Shown here piece by piece: positions 13,101 through 25,962 of a stretch of 64,000 bases of DNA. The notes under the pieces were generated by a model, which had not been told where the DNA came from, ran no database searches, and worked only from the letters and a program-made list of their open reading frames with translations. The DNA is taken from the NCBI RefSeq assembly GCF_963921235.1, contig NC_086097.1:75764001-75828000 (forward strand), in the 5' to 3' direction. Both the position numbers and the translations under genes were made by a program. The stretch's first letter is position 1. Every line of letters begins with the position of its first letter. This DNA is from Mobula hypostoma. Taxonomy: Eukaryota.

Positions 13101-14280
13101 TTTGGTTCCCTAATCTGAGGAAAGACATCCTTGCCATAGAGGGAGTACAAAGAAGGTTCACCAGATTGGTTCCTGGGATGGCAGGACTTTCATATGATGA
13201 AAGACTGGATCGACTAGGCTTATACTCATCGGAATTTAGAAGATTGAGGGGGGATCTTATTGAAACGTATAAAATCCTAAAGGGATTGGACAGGCTAGAT
13301 GCAGGAAGATTGTTCCCGATGTTGGGGAAGTCCAGAATGAGGGGTCACAGTGTGAGGATAAAGGGGAAGCCTTTTAGGACCGATATGAGGAAAAACTTCT
13401 TCACAAAGAGAGTGGTGAGTCTGTGGAGTTCTCTGCCACAGGAAACAGTTGAGGCCAGTTCATTGGCTATATTTAAGAGGGGGTTAGATGTGGCCCTTGT
13501 GGCTAAAGGAATCAGGGTGTATGGAAGGAAGGCTGGTACAGGGTTCTGAGTTGGATGATCAGCCATGATCATACTGAATGGTGGTGCAGGCTCGAAAGGC
13601 CGAATGGCCTACTCCTGCACCTATTTTCTATGTTTCTATGATGTTGAAAAATATAATGAAGGCACAATTTAACAGTGCCCTTAATTGAGTGATTTGCTCA
13701 AAAAACAATCTGTAGCAGGTCAAGAAGAGGATCAGTACTGGACTTAAGGCAGGCCACCATCAGATATTCACACTACTGAAGTCAGATTGACTGGCCTATA
13801 ATCTTTAAGTCCAGTAATCTTGCCTTTCTTGGAACTGGAACTGAATCTTTCCTAACATTCTATTTTTCAAATAGTTTGTAAATGTCTTCTTGCTTCACCG
13901 AATGTATTGGGTGGATGGAAGGGAAGGGGCAGGATGGGAAGGAGGCTGAAGAAGGTGAAAGGGGTTGGAGTGAAGAGGAGATGGTATCATTGGAGTGGTT
14001 GTGAAAGGTGGGGAGGAAGTAGGGGCTTAGCATATCAAGATCAGAGGAAGTGAGAAGAGATAGATGTTGATTGTCCTTATCAAACTGGCAGTAAAGCTGA
14101 TTTTCCAAGATACGGGGAGGGGGAGACTTGGAAGCACTTCTGTTTGAAGTTGGTAAGACTGCAGGGAACTTTAGACTGCCCAGCTATTGCTCAAGTCGCT
14201 CTCAAGCTGATCCTTGTAGGTGGCTTTTGTCACTTTCAGAGCCTTATTATTGCTTACTGAATAATAAGCAAATTCTTTGA
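10152..14280 (-). mobile_element. Old Rex/Babar LINE split by the CR1 insertion (pieces ~10152-11036 and ~13641-14280)
   Basis: The minus-strand RT reads ...HYIFQHH | DSPNTYVRILLVDFSSTFNT across the CR1. Tail cagaatcagaat at ~10155. Confidence 0.7.
11037..13640 (+). mobile_element. Young 5'-truncated CR1 LINE, ORF2 (APE endonuclease + RT), inactivated
   Basis: Motifs GVVYRPP, MGDFN, SDHN, YLDFQKAFDKVPH, GVPQGSVLGP, FADDTK. Stops end at 11840 and 12898, frameshift at ~11910. Terminal (tttctatg) repeat. Confidence 0.95.
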
Positions 14281-15531
14281 GAGACTGGTCAAGGACTACA
14301 CCTGCAGCATGCTCCCACCCAAGCTGGACCCCCTGCAATTTGCCTACCGACACAACTGATCGACAGACGATGCAATAGCAATTGCTCTACATACTATCCT
14401 TACACATCTGGAGAAGAAGGATGCTTATGTGAGAATGCTGTTCTCGGACTACAGTTCAGAATTCAACACCATAGTTCCATCCAGGCTTGACAAGAAGCTC
14501 AGAGACCTCGGACTTGAGCTGTCTTGTGAAGCTGGATCCTGGACTTCCTGTCAGATTGCCGGCAGGTGGTAAAAGTGGGCTCCCTCACCTCCACCCCTCT
14601 AACTCTCAATACAGGAGCCCCTCAGGGCTGTGTACTGAGTCCTCTCCTTTACTCCCTGTATACCCATGACTGTGTTGCCACCCAAGGCTCTAATCTGCTA
14701 ATTAAATTTGCTGACGACACTACATTGATTGGCCTAATCTTAAACAATAACGAGGTGGCCTACAGGGAAGAAGTCATCTCTCTGTCATGGTGTCAAGAAA
14801 ACAGCCTCTCCCTCAATGTCACAAAAACAAAGGAGCTGGTTATGGATTACAGGAGGAATGGAGACAGGCTAACCCCTATTGACATCAATGGATCTGGGGT
14901 TGAGAGGGTAAACAGCTTTAAGTTCTTTGGCATCCACATCACCGAGGACCTCACATAGTCTGTAAACACCAGCTGTGTGGGGAAAAAGGCAAAACAGTGC
15001 CTTTTTCACCTCAGACGGTTGAGGAAGTTTGTTATGGGCCCCCAAATCCTAAGAACTATCTACAGGGGCACAGTTGAGAGCATCCTGACTGGCTGCATCA
15101 CTGCCTGGTATGCGAACTGTACCTCCCTTAATCACAGGACTCTGCAGAGAGTGGTGCGGACAGCCCAGAGCATTTGTAGTTGTGAACTTCCCATGATTCG
15201 GGACATTTACAAAGACAGTTGAGTAAAAAGGGCCTCTATGATCATTGAGGACCCGAGTCATCCCAACTACAATCTATTCCAGCTGGTACCATCTGAGAAA
15301 CAGTATCGCAGCATAAAAGCCAGGATCAACAAGCTCCGGGGCGGCTTCTTCCACCAGGCCATCAGACTGATTAACTCACACTGATTTGAGTGTATTCTGT
15401 GTTACTTTGACTGTTCTAATTATTATAAATTACTATGATTGCACATTGCACATTTAGACAGAGACGTAATGTAAAGGTTTTTACTCGGGTGTGAAGGATG
15501 TAAGAAATAAAGTCAATTCAATTCAATTCAA
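14281..15531 (+). mobile_element. Rex1/Babar-type LINE, 5'-truncated
   Basis: GAPQGCVLSPLLYSLYTHDC and KFADDTT. aataaa followed by an (attca)n tail at ~15506-15531. Confidence 0.9.
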
Positions 15532-15889
15532 CTACCGTTTTGCAGAGCTATTTTCCTCTCTGGAATGTTTTGGAAAATGGGAGCAAACAAGAAGTATTGG
15601 CCTTGGAATTAACAAATATGATGACTTAATCATCTTCAGTAAAACTTTGTAATTAACTGTCATCTGACAGTTGATGTGAGTTTAATGCGGCAGAAGAATC
15701 TATTTTAGGAGATACTGTATGGGAATGTTGAATTTCCTAGTAATTTATTTGAAATAAATTGTTAAACCTAACTAACATCATAAAACCTTAAATTTCTTTA
15801 AAGTGGAAAATAAGAGTAAGATTTTTTTTAAGATTGGTATCTGGATAAAATGGTTCAATTCATTCGCATTATACTGATATTTTCTTATA

Positions 15890-17310
15890 TTATTTACCCT
15901 CTTCAAGTCAATATTAAGTGGATGCACCTTGGGCAGCATTACAATCTTGCGTCTGTGTAAATATGTCTCTCTCAGCTTTGCACATCTGGACATTGCAATT
16001 TTCCTCCATTCTTCTTTGCAAAACTGCTCAAGCTCTGTCAGATTACATGGGGATCGTGATTGAACAGCCCTTTTCAAATCCAGCCACAATTTCTGAATTG
16101 GATTGAGGTCTAGACTCTACTTGCCCTCTCCAGGACATTAACTTTGTTGTTTTTAAGCCATTCCTGTGTAGCTTTGGCTTAATACTTGGGGTTATTGTCT
16201 TACTGGAAAACAAATCTTCTCCCAAGTCGCGGTTCTCTTGGAAACTGCATCAGGATTTCCCTGTCTTTTGCTGTATTCATTTTACTCACCACCTTCACCA
16301 GCCTTCCAGGGCCTGCTGCAGTGAAGCATCACCACAGCATGATGCAGCCACCACCATACTTCACGGTAGGGATGGTGTGTTTTTCGTTATATGCAGTATT
16401 TGGCTTACGCCAAATAATATCATTTAGTCTGATGGCCAAAAAGCTCAATTTTGGTTTCATCAGATCGTAGAACCTTCTTCCAGCTGACTTCCGAGTCTCA
16501 CATGTGCCTTCTGGCAAACTCTAGCCAAGATTTCATGTGAGTTTTTGTCAACAGTAGCTTTCTCTTTGCCACTTTCTTATAAAGCAGCCACTGGTGAAGC
16601 ACCCGGGCAACAGTTGTCGTATGTGTAGTCTCTCCCAGCTCAGCCACTGAAGTTTGTATCTCCTCCAGAGTTGTCATAGGTCTGTTGGTGACCTCCCTCA
16701 CTAGTCCCCTTCTTGCAGGTCTCTCAGTTTTTGAGGATGGCCTGCTCTAGGCAGATTACAGCTCTGCCATATCTTTCCATTTCTTGATGAGTGACTTAAC
16801 TGTACTCCAAGGGATATTTAGTGACTTGGAAATGTCCTTGTGTCAATCTCCTGACTTGTGCTTTGCAGTAACCTGTTTGCAGAGTTGCTTGGAGTGTTCT
16901 TTTGTCTTCATGGTGTAGTTTTTTGCCAGGTAGTGACTCACCTGCAGTTGGACCTTCCAGATAGAAGTGTACTATAATCAATTAAAACACCTGGACTGCA
17001 CACAGGTTTATATCTAGCTAAGACACTGTAACTAATTATGTGACTACTGAAACCAATTGGCAGCACCAGTGATGATTTTCTGTGTCACATTAAAAGGGGT
17101 GAATACTTATGCACTCAAATATATTGTGTTTTATATTTGTAATTAATTTAGATCACTTTGTAGAGGTCTGTTTTCACTTTGACACTAAAGAGTCTTTTTC
17201 TATTGATCATTGTCAAAAAAAAAGCCAATTTAAATGCACTGTGATTCAACGTTGTAGAATAATAAAACATGAAATCTTACAAGGGGTGTGAATACATTTT
17301 ATAGGCACTG
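15890..17310 (-). mobile_element. Tc1-family DNA transposon (Passport-like, IR/DR ends); transposase pseudogene, one end truncated
   Basis: TIR cagtgcctataaaatgtattcacacccctt ending at 17310, followed by TA. Inner direct repeat at ~17094. Transposase starts at 16911 (MKTKEHSKQL..); fragments HTIPTVKYGGGCIMLW and WLDLKRAV..P.NLTELEQFCKEEW. Confidence 0.9.
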
Positions 17311-17509
17311 TATATAAATCCTGATTCTTGTCATCTTTCCATAGATTATTCAAGTTACAGTTCTTCATTAGTTTATTTTATTGCTTTTTAGTAGATTCTC
17401 CTGATCTTACATTGTGCAATGACTTTTCTAATAATAATTACTGATGCACAAACAGTAGGATTCTGTTGAGTTTTTGTTATAAGCCAAGAACAAAACACCT
17501 CTGCAACCT

Positions 17510-17718
17510 TTTATTGAGTTACAGTGCAGAATAGGCCATGCTGCCCAGCAATTCTCAGATTTAAACTTGGCCTAATCATGGGACAATTTACAACAACCGG
17601 TACATTTTAGGAAACCCACATTGTCAGGGAAGAATATACAAACTCAGCCCAGGCAGCGGCGGGAATTGACCCTGTATTGTAAAGCGTTGTTGTAACTGCA
17701 ACATTACCATTGCTGCCC
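17510..17718 (-). mobile_element. Degenerate V-SINE
   Basis: Reverse-complement similarity to 7406-7770 and 57848-58118. Confidence 0.55.
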
Positions 17719-18483
17719 ATCATCATATTTTTAAACACCACCAGGCTATTGCAACCTCATTATGTTTACTCATAATTTCAAATTTTATGATACTGGTAAG
17801 ATCTGTTATTCCTAGTAAGGATGCTTTTGACTGAGTTCATATATCTCACAGTGGCAGGAATGACCGAATGTCAGCCAAAGACCGTAAGCCAAAATTGTTG
17901 CCAAGACGTGATGCCGTATTGCAGAGCAGTCATTGAGCAGCAATGTGAAAAATTAAGGCTTTCTTAGTGGGTTATTGAATGGTTGAGACCTGCTTTAACA
18001 TTAAAAAGACATCTATTGCTTTTGGTAATGATCACCACCATTCCCATCTCTTCTTCCATTACCATTATTCTCAGCTTTACTTCATCTGCTCAGTACTCCT
18101 TGCACTCACCTTTGACCCAGCTTTAAGCAATCCTTTCTGTAGTTTACCTTCTCTATGATGGAAGAATTTGAGGACAGAAGGACCATTCTATTCTTAATAA
18201 CTTGGATTTTGTGCTCTTGAGTAATCTGTTCAAAAGTTCCACAGCCCAGAGTGTGGGCATCCCTGCATTAAAAATGCTGGGGACTTCAAAATGTGCAGCC
18301 TTTGACATTGTTATTTTGAGCTTAATCAATGTTTTATTTTTGCTGCTTAATCCAACTCGTATGATCTTTAAATAGTTGAACAGATATGAGTGAGACAAAT
18401 TTTCATCATTGATTTCAAACTTTAAAGGGTGAATAACAGTGAAGCAACTTGTCCGATGACATTGATGTTTTATTTGTCAGCAG

Positions 18484-18533
18484 GTTGCCAAGAAACTTCC
18501 AATGAAGCTACAGTTTCTGATGATGGCTTTCAA
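18484..18533 (+). CDS. SPRED1: SPRED1 short coding exon (equivalent to human exon 4)
   Basis: Acceptor tttgtcagcag|GTTGC, donor CAA|gtaagt, 50 nt. Phase 1 to 0 fits both neighbours. (G)CQETSNEATVSDDGFQ resembles human GCPESKNEAEGADDLQ. Confidence 0.88.
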
Positions 18534-21028
18534 GTAAGTGAAATAAGAAATGCATAAGAAAGGCATTTATATAAAATCTTTCAGAGCCTGTATTTGGTCT
18601 GCTCTCTAGTAACTTGAAGAAGCTGCCCTACAGTGTGAAATTTAGGAAAGCTTATTATTTTGCTGGCCTGATATATATTTCAGGATTAAGTATGACCAAG
18701 AGATTTTTCTACTGATTAAAATGTAATATTTAATACAACTCATGTTTAAGTGGCTTACAGTATTTTACTGCAGGAAACAATAGTACTTAGATGACAAATG
18801 AGTACTGAATGTGGACATGAGTAATATTCTGGTACAATTGTAGAAATACAACATCAGAGTACAGTCTTCAAAGTGACATGATTATTGCTTTATATATAAT
18901 TTGAAGTACATTTGCTGTTTGTGACCTAGATTTGTGATTTATCATCACAAATGATAAAGTATTTGATGCACTTCTAGAAGCTTTTGTTTGCTTAAAAACC
19001 TATTGTCTATTTTAAGTTAAAAGATTAAATCATATTCTATAGATCTCATATCTTTTTTCATTAAAGAATAAGGAAAATAATTTTTGAAAATGCACAGTAA
19101 TTAGTATAGTCCTTTAATTAATGAAAAAATAAAGCAGATGATCTTTACTAAGAAGTCTGTTGTGTTTACCTGGTAAAATACATTTCCTGTCTTCTTAAAG
19201 CCAAATTATGTACTATGCTAGTTAATCATATTTCTTTAAAATGTGAGTGGAATGCAAGATAGGCTCGTACCAACAAAGACAGTAGTCAAATAGGTGCTTG
19301 GGGAAACTGAACAGAGTTGACAACTTTAGACTGATAGTTTTTTCCAATCTATCAATTATCTTTCTTCTGCCTGCAGCCTGAAACCTTAGAACTTCCTTTC
19401 TAATCTCTGTCCATCAGAAAAGACAGTAGTATTCAGCAATGCCAACACACCTGTCCACACCTGTCTACAAAGCCTAGTTTTGATTAGTATTATGAACTGG
19501 AAATCTCAATTACCTTCCATAACTCTTAAGAAATTTGCAAATGTGTTTGTGAAGAACAAAGTAACCAACACCTAATCATCCAGGTTGCATGCTTCACTCC
19601 AAATTTGTTAATTTTAATATTTTGGAATATAAACAAGCATCAGAATCATTGATGCTGCATACAAATATAGTTCTAATACAGTTAGAAATGCATAGCTTTA
19701 ATCATTGCTTCTTCTCCATGAAAACTTGCTGCAGTGCAATTCAATATGCACCACAAATCCCTATCAGAATCAGCATGCTGTGATTTCCCCAAGATTCTAC
19801 AAATTTAGATGGCTTTCAGGACTCTTAGGTCTGCACCATTTCCAACAAAACATTTCACTGCTGACAAGCTCAGGAGTATAATTACACTTCCACACTCACT
19901 CAGCTGAATTGTATGTCTGTAAAATGTTTAAGGTTTTTGGACTTACTTGCAAATTTCAGATTTAGTTTTTCTTAATTGCATGGTTGTAGACTTTGCTTTC
20001 AAAATCCCTACAACATTATTCTGAGGCTGGAGGGCCTCAGACCTCAAACGTTAATGCTGTGTCCCTTTCACAGATGCTATCTGTCCTGCTTAGTCTTTCC
20101 AACATTTTCTGTTTTTAGTATTGATCCATCATTTGGATTCGAGTTTAATTTCCTCTCAAATTGATTATTTATGAGTGATTAAATTTGATCTCACTATTTG
20201 TCAGCTTTTGTATTTAATAATCTGAAAGTTGGTTTTGCTTACGTTTTGTTTTCCTGTGCTATTTGCTTGAAATTAGTCAGCCAAAGTTTAAAAGTAGCAA
20301 TGTGCTATCATCATTTATGCACAATTTCTGCATGCTTTTGGGCTACTTGGAAAAATTGTGCTAAGTAGTGTTCCACCTTTTAAAAAAAACTTGGTGTCCC
20401 AGATGAAGTCAACCATCACAAGCATTAACTTTAAGCTGTCTTGGTCCATTGGTATTGGAAGGCACATTACAGAGCGTTTTAATTAAGCCTTTGTCTCTGC
20501 CAATATGACTAACAAATGATTCTATAAAGCCCTTCCAGTTATTTATAGTTAGAATCTGGTTAATCACAGATGGTGGATGATTAAAATATTTTTGTGATAA
20601 ATCCTTTTTTAGCTCTATTAATGAAGCTGCTATATTGTCACTCTTAAAGCGAAGAATATTTTTAAATCAATTTAAGCAAAGCAGCTAAAATATAGGTGTG
20701 TGACAAATTTTGTTTTTGTGATAACACAAAAGAATTTGAGCAGAAACTTAGGAGCTTGTGCAGTTGCAGCCAGGTTTTCTAATTACCCTTAGTGGGAATG
20801 CCAAGCAACCGTAAAACATCTTCCCAATTGCACCACAATTTAGAATTGCCATTGCTTTTAAATTTAAATATTAGAAAGAGAGAGTGTAGGTCTATGGTTA
20901 CTAAGCTCTTCATTGAACCTTACATTGAATTTGTGCATTATACCTTGTCTTTGGAATACAAGTTAAATTTAGAGGTAAGTGAATGGTGTGGGGCTTTCTT
21001 CTAAGCTGAGTAAACTTATCATTATTTT

Positions 21029-21288
21029 GGGGCGTTATGGTAGCATAGTGTATAACGTGATGATATTACAGCTTGGATTTCAATTCTGACACCATCTGTA
21101 ATGGGTTTGTAAGTTCTCCCCGTGGGTATCCTTCTGGCGCTTTGGTTTCCTACTTCATTCCAAAGAGGCACTGGTTAGTGGATTAATTGGTCATTGTATA
21201 TCATCCTGTAATTGGGTTAGGCTTAAATAGATGGGTTGTTGGGCCAGAAGGGCCTGTTCGATGTTGTGTCTCGAAATATATAATCAAT
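21029..21288 (+). mobile_element. V-SINE
   Basis: tRNA-like head, gttctccccgtggg...gtttcct core, CR1-like tail gggccagaagggcctgt. Confidence 0.7.
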
Positions 21289-22264
21289 AAGTCATTTAGT
21301 GTTCCTTCAAGCTCTTAATTACAAGATCCTACATTTAAGTTTCTCGTGGTTAAACGCTGACATGGCTAATTTCACACAAGGAAATATTGTAGTTTTCTTA
21401 ATTTATCATTGTAAAGAATTTCTCATCTCAGAGGGATAATTAACTAATAATTTTAACTTTTCTATGCTAATTTACTTGAAAGAGTAACAATCTAATGTCT
21501 TGTTACCAGTCTAAATCTAGTTTTGTTTATAGCAAGTATTAGGATGCAAACATTTGAGAGAAGTGTATGCCACTAATCTTCACTGGTAAATTACACTCAG
21601 CTAAAATAAAAACGGAACCTATTTTGTAAGCTGTTAATAATTTTCTGCTTGAACTTCAGTCTGCAGAAACGGAAAGGGAAGAAGTTTTGATAATTTGAAC
21701 AAGAGGATCTGAATCTGGATCCCATTTTCTGTGCAACTGTATTTGTCCAACATATTGCAGCTGGAGTTGATTTTATTACTTTACCCTTCATCCATTCAAG
21801 CCATTTTAGTACTTTGAAGGGGGAAAAATATCATAGGAAGCATCTCTTAGCAACCACAGGACAGTAATTACTATAACAGCAGCTGGGAGAAAAACAGATT
21901 TCCATTTTACATAAAAGCTGTGTTGGGTTGCTTTTTACAGACAGCACTTGCCAAGCTTTGTCAGAACTGAGTATTATAGTCAGAATGTGGGTGGTGGTTG
22001 CAGCTTTTAATCATTCTGTTGCTTTTTAAAAATTTCCATCTTGCAATATGCTATGCATTAAGTGTTTCAGTGTTATGCAATTCTTGTTTGTTAAGTGGAG
22101 GGAGATTGTAAATTTGAAGATATGATTATACTTCATTTAATATAGGAAACAGAAGGAAATGGGGTCCTTGCAAAGGTAACATTATAAAAATGCAAACTTT
22201 TTCATCAAAGAAATAGGAACAAGTTTGTATATTAAACCAAATAACAATTGGTCATATGGTAAAC

Positions 22265-22945
22265 TTAAACATGAGAGATTCTGCAGATGCTGAAAATCCA
22301 GAGCCACACTTTCAAAATGCTGGGGCAACTCTGCATCTATGGAAATGAATAAACAGTTGACCTTTTGGCTGAGACTCTTCATCAGGACTAGAAAGGAAGG
22401 GGGAAGATGCCAGAATACAAAGATGGGGGAGAGGGAAAGGTGTTCAAGCTAGAAGGTGTTGGGTAGGGGAAGGGTGGTGAAGTAATAATAGAAGTAGGAA
22501 TCTGATAGGAGAGGAGAGTGAACCAGAAAAGAAAGGGGAGCAGGAGGGGCACCAAGGTAGGTGATAGATAGGTGAAGGGAAGAGGTAAGCGGGGGTGGGG
22601 GGGGTCAGAGTGAGGAATTGAAGGGAGGGGAGAAAATCCTGGAAGTTGGAGAAATTGATGTTCATGCCATCAGGTTGGAGGCTACCTAGACGGCATGAGG
22701 TGTTGCTCCTCCAACCTTAGAGTGGCCTCATCATGGCAGAAGAGTCCATGGACTGACATATCAGAACAGGGATTGGAATTAAAATGATTGTCCACCGGAA
22801 AATACTGCTTTTTGCAAATGGAGTGAAGGTGCTTGACAAAAAACCCCAATCTACATTGGGTCTTCCCAATATAGAGGAGGCCGCATGGGGAGCACCAGAT
22901 ACAGTAGTCAACCCTAACAGATTTGCGGGACAAGTGTTGCTTCAC
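22265..22945 (-). mobile_element. PLE 3' fragment (GIY-YIG + terminus) with a decayed hammerhead at 22354-22390
   Basis: Minus-strand ORF YCIWCSPCGLLYIGKT. Minus strand reads tagtc CTGATGA agagtctcagcc AAAAGGTC aactg. Confidence 0.85.
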
Positions 22946-25337
22946 ATAGAAGTGAACTGTATAGAGATAGTAAACTTTGTGTGATTCTTAAATTATCAAC
23001 GTTGATGCAAAGCAAGCATAATTTCTGAAAATTCTATGGTGGTGGGCTATTCACTTGAATTACTATGGTCCATATGTTGAAGATACTCCCATAATAGTAT
23101 TGGGGAGGGAAGTTTCAGGGCTTAGAGCAAATATTAATGAAGGCAGTATATTGCCAGATTAGATAATAGTATGCCATTGTCCCTAGTGGTAGAAGTTACG
23201 GATCTGAAAGGTGTTGACGGAGTAGTTTATAGGACATCTTGTAGATGTTACTCACTGTAACTATTGCTCGAGCTGTGAAGGCAGTTCAAGGGTAGTGGAT
23301 GGGGTGCCAGTCAAGTAAGCTTTTTTCTCTGGACTGTGTTCAGTTGTATAATTGTAAAGGCTATGCTTGTCAAGGCAAGTAGATATATTCCATCATTATT
23401 CTGGCTTGTACCTTGTAGATGGTGAAGTGTTGGGTGGTGAGTCATTCATTGCAGGAGTACCAACAAACTCTAGATTGTTTGGCAATCTAACTCAAAACAA
23501 TTCTAATTACTGTAAATGTGGCTGTCTTGGAAAAAAATTGACAATGTATATCAATAGTTTAATAGAAAAAAGAAACCTGTGCCAAATTTCTGTTATGTTG
23601 AAGCAAAACATTAACCACTTAATTTTCTCAAAAATATCAGAGCTAGTTTTGCAATTTTGTCACTTTTCAACTTTACAATTTATGGTCCCATACAGATGAT
23701 GGAGAAATACAGGTGACCCCACCATTACAGGTGTTGGCGTCTTATGGTATTCACAAATCAGAAACAGAATAAAGTTCACTCTTAAGAAAATTACGTGGGG
23801 AAAAAAATATTAAATGCAGAAAAAGGGCAAAAAAATTATCTATTTTAGTCAATACTGAGGCACTGACTCATTGCATTGATTGGGTGAGCAGTCATAGCTG
23901 AGTCTCTTTGTTGCCACACCCTCTCCAATTTGAGGACGTGTGAGCAGATGCCTTAGAATGTAACTCTGCGACACTCTTCATCAGGGACTTTTTCTCTGAT
24001 GCACTGCATTGTGGGAAATTGCTGTAGCCATGACCAACTTGTATTCTGGCTCCTAAAGTAATCCCTCGGTCTTTTCTCCATTGATTTTTTTTTTCTTTTT
24101 ATTCTCTATTTCTTAAATTCTTCTTAATCCATGATCTTTATCCATTCCCTGTGTCTGCTGTTGGCTTCATCTGTGTAATAATGATGGTGGATCACTTTAT
24201 CATAGGCAGTAAGATAGTTTTACATGAGATAAACATCCCTTGGAAATGCATGACAAGAGAAAATCTGCAGATGGATATCTTTGATTGTTAAGATGAGATT
24301 CAGTGGGAAGAGAAGGGTTCCTGTTACACAAAACAGCAGTAAAGATGGGTTTCTAACAAGACATCTCTTTTGTTACGTGAGGGTTATCTGTAACTTGTTT
24401 CTTACATGATTGGTGATCCTGATTAGGATGCTGGTTACCTCTATCTACTTATAAACTATACTACACCAAAATGAGCTATTGGTAAGACTAGTAATGTGAT
24501 TTAATTTTTGGCCTTTCTAAGCTCCCTGATATTTAAAGCATTTGAGAACATTTTCAATAGGAAGAGGCTGGTGCTGTTCTGTGATATTCATTGATTTAAA
24601 CCGGCATTGTAGTCCATTTTATGCATTTCTAGCATAAAATCTTTCGCTTTATTTTGCTCATCACAGAGTTTCATAACATAGAATTGGTCCTTTCACAATT
24701 TTGATAAATATGGCAAAAATGAGTGAGAATCTGGCCCAGTTCTGAAGCACTGTATTGCTGTAATCTTGCCCATTAAATAGCAAAAAATCAGCTGATATAC
24801 ACAAAGAAATTAGGATTTCAAATTGTTGGATTACAAAAAAGCACTTTAACTTGAAACAATAATTAACAATGAATCAAATAAGTAAACTATATAAAAACTT
24901 ATTTTTCACAGTGGATCCTTTCAATTTAAATAAGTGAAGGTGATGGATGGGTCAGATCTCAATTAGAAGTCATATTCCCAATGTTGGGAAATTGCTTAAA
25001 TTTCTTGCTGTGTTGGACTTCTTTTCAAGAGTTCATACACCAATCTCAAATTTAGTGATACTTTTGTGGAATTTCAACAGTTCTGCAGAGAACTGTCTGA
25101 ATACTGCTAAAGGTTCCAACCCTGTTCTGTGTAGTTTGTTGTTTTTTAACTGGTGTTTCATAGAGTTGTGATAGGCTGTCCTCTGCTGGTCAAACTGGAA
25201 ATATACTGTTTACAATTTGAAGTGGTGAATTAATCAAAGCCTTTCTGAATCAGAATCAAGTTTATTATCACTGACATGTGCCGTGAAATTTTCTAACTTG
25301 ACAAATAAGTAATAAAGGCTTTTTGTGCTGTTTTTAG

Positions 25338-25499
25338 CCACCTCAAGAAAATGATGCTGATTCTTTGAAAAGAAAAGAGAGAATTTTACGACGTGACACT
25401 GTAGTAACCAGTGAACCTTGCAGAAGTTGCTATGTTAGAACGCCTCCACCTGAGGAATTCAGTTCTCGAAGATTGTATTTTCCTGCTCAGCAGAATCAG
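25338..25499 (+). CDS. SPRED1: SPRED1 coding exon (equivalent to human exon 5)
   Basis: Acceptor tttttag|CCA, donor CAG|gtaatc, 162 nt open. PPQENDADSLKRKERILRRDTVVTSEPCRSCYVRTPPPEEFSSRRLYFPAQQNQ shares TVVTSEP and RRxY...NQ with human SPRED1. Confidence 0.9.
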
Positions 25500-25962
25500 G
25501 TAATCTTTTATTGTTTAGTGTTTGTTTTAGAAAAGAAATAAATTATGATACATTCAACTATTTTACAGAGGTGAAAACTGAACGTGGTATTTTTCCATTA
25601 TTCTGAATGGTAGAATATTTTATCAGGAAATGGGTATTTACAGGACTAATCCATGAGGTCACCAAATGCAGTATCTCTATACTCTTGAGTTACATCTACC
25701 TAAAGCACAATTTTTAAAATTTATTATTATAGTAGTTTATAATGATGTTCCTCAGAATATTATTTGAACAGCAGTATAAGCTTGAGTAACGTTAAATTGT
25801 GTCCTGGCCAGTGGCTGGGGTATTATCATGCTTATTCAAAGGAGAACTCATAACTCAGTTTCGTATCTTTTGAAAGTCTATTTATGCATTATAATATTTT
25901 TACTTATTCAGTTTTTTCAACCACAGTTTGATTTTTAATGAGAAACTTGAAATCTTTTTCAG

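Noticed and set aside
11012-13572. Long minus-strand ORFs (221, 128, 93 aa)
   Set aside because: Antisense shadows of CR1 ORF2.
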